Below, one piece after another: positions 62,015 through 64,000 of a stretch of DNA of 64,000 nt (position 1 is the first letter of the stretch; every line of letters begins with the position of its first letter). Location of the stretch: contig NC_092672.1 of the NCBI RefSeq assembly GCF_964355755.1, positions 21,403,237 through 21,467,236 on the forward strand, in the 5' to 3' direction. A program made the translations under genes and the position numbers. Source of the stretch: Antedon mediterranea (Eukaryota > Animalia > Echinodermata). Under the pieces are notes generated by a model that did no database searches, was not told where the DNA came from, and saw only the letters and a program-made list of their open reading frames with translations.

Positions 62015-63470
62015 TGTTTACATTTATAATGTAAGTAAATATTTATTCATTTTTTTACATTTTTTAAAACAAAAAAGTGCACTTTTCTGTTGTTTTTTGT
62101 TTAATTAATTTTAATTAAAAATTATTACAACAAACCTATCTAACCTTTCTATTATTGTCACTGATAATATGTTTTGAGTCAGATTGTTTTCAATAAAAAA
62201 AGTTAAAACAATTCATTTGACTTTCAATGTACTATGTTGGTTCAGGAAGTGTGTGTGCACATTTAAGACCTAAATCAGATGTTGAATCTGAAGAAAAGAA
62301 GTATAAGCGGATACTCTTTCAAAGAACTCCAAGAAGATTCACACAAAAATATTTACTTTCCAATAAAATAGTATATTACTGTAGTATACAATACAGTATG
62401 TTGAATAAACTCGAGCGGAATAATAACGTACATAAAAAACATAATCATTTTCTTATCGAAAAGTGCCCTCTCTAGTTTTCTATTGATTTATTAATTATTT
62501 ATAATTAATTAATGGGTAAGGTTAACATGTTTTTAACATTTAATGTAGGAAGTTGGATCTACTCCTAACAAAATTTCATATCTCCAAATTTCAACAACGT
62601 TGTCTAATTACTTCAATAAATATCATATTTAACATCACAAATTAGGGTTATTGAAGGAATTTTTGCCTAAAAACATATATAAAAAACGTCGATAAAAAAT
62701 ACTTTTCGTATTTAAAAACAGTTGAAACTCGTTTTATATGTTCAATATAGGTTGCTCTATTCACAGAAACAAAATTGCTTTCATAACCCTTTTCTGTTGG
62801 TTTTTTTTTTTAAATCGTTATTAGGTTGAAAAAATGAGTTGGAATTGTATGGTCGTTCATAAGTGTAAATTTTGTAAAAACGTAAATCACAACAATCAGT
62901 GAATTATGGTTTGATATTTATTTTTCTTTAGCAATATGGATAGAGCAACTTATATTGAATATTCACACCAAGTATCAAATGTTTTTAAATACAAAAAGTA
63001 TTTTTTATCGAAAATTATTAGCAAAAATTCAATCCATAATCCTAATTTGTGATGTTAAATGTGATATTTATTGAAGTGCTTTGTCTACCTTGTTGAAATT
63101 TGGAGATATGAAACTTTGTTAGGAGTAGAACCAACTTCTAACATTAAAAGTTAAAAATATTTTAATATTACCCATTAATTAATTATTAATAATTATTAAA
63201 TCAATAGAAAACTAGAGAGGGCACTTTTCGACAAGAAAATGAATGTTTTTTTATGTGCGTTAATATTCCGCTCGAGTTTATTCAATGCTCTGTAATGTAT
63301 ACCATTATACAATTTTATTAGGAAGTAATTGTTTTTGTGTGAATCTAGGTTAGATAGGAATTGTTGTCATAATTTTAATTAAAATTAATTAAACAAAAAC
63401 AACAGAAAAAGTGCACCGATTTGTTTTAAAAAAATGAATAAATGTTTACATACATTATAAATGAAACATA
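62015..63470. repeat. Long imperfect foldback (about 1.45 kb)
   Basis: 62336-62765 mirrors ~62935-63345 and ~62015-62146 mirrors ~63347-63470. Confidence 0.8.
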
Positions 63471-64000
63471 ATATAACTATTTTAGTAATGCATACACAAG
63501 TACAGAATATTATATCAGAAATCAATGATACATGTGTCTAAAAGTGTCTTTAATTTGCTTTGAGACAAATTTGATGCCATTGGCCTATACACAAAATCAA
63601 GGCAATTAGACAAAATATTTACTTAAACAATATTAATACTATTAATAGGCATAAAATAATAGGGTATATCAACTTTCCTTAAAGAATAACAGTATAGGGC
63701 CTTACAAATTTATTTAACAAGACAAATAATATATAACATATGAACTATATTAATACTTTGTTCAACAATTTATACACTGCTTACATAATAATGTATTATT
63801 TTAATTTTATGTCTTGCGCATTATTTCTTTCTTTATCCACATTTTTGTATCTCATCATTTTTTGTTTTACGTTCGGTAATTTAGAACATAACATAACATA
63901 AGTTTATAAGCCCAAATAGTTCATTAACATTCATGTACAATTTTTATTTTTACATAAATTAAATTTGAAGCCTCTGTAGAATTTAGTTACTTTGGAGTAT

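Overview
AT-rich, intron-rich animal genomic DNA (invertebrate-like; the species cannot be determined from sequence alone). I reconstructed three host genes by hand. (1) A myosin XIX (MYO19) gene on the minus strand, about 23 coding exons at 1723-22850. It has an N-terminal SH3-like exon, a 1-nt frameshift in exon 16, a largely missing converter exon, and three tandem arrays built from its own exon/intron junctions. (2) OGFOD2 on the plus strand (23142-39360), head-to-head with MYO19 (291 bp between start codons), with a +1 frameshift in exon 6. (3) The last two exons of a theta-class glutathione S-transferase (minus, 40115-43180). The remainder is mostly mobile DNA. It includes a young full-length Gmr1-like Ty3/gypsy element (PR-INT-RT-RH order, tRNA-Leu PBS, gag/pol joined by a CAA-TGA-CTAG readthrough-type stop). 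There are also CR1/L2, Penelope and Tx1/L1 LINE remnants, an EnSpm/CACTA derivative, hAT-, Sola1-, MULE- and piggyBac-like MITEs, a short repeat carrying a minimal hammerhead ribozyme (2 copies), many minisatellites and two foldback structures. Family assignments rest on recalled motifs, not database searches.
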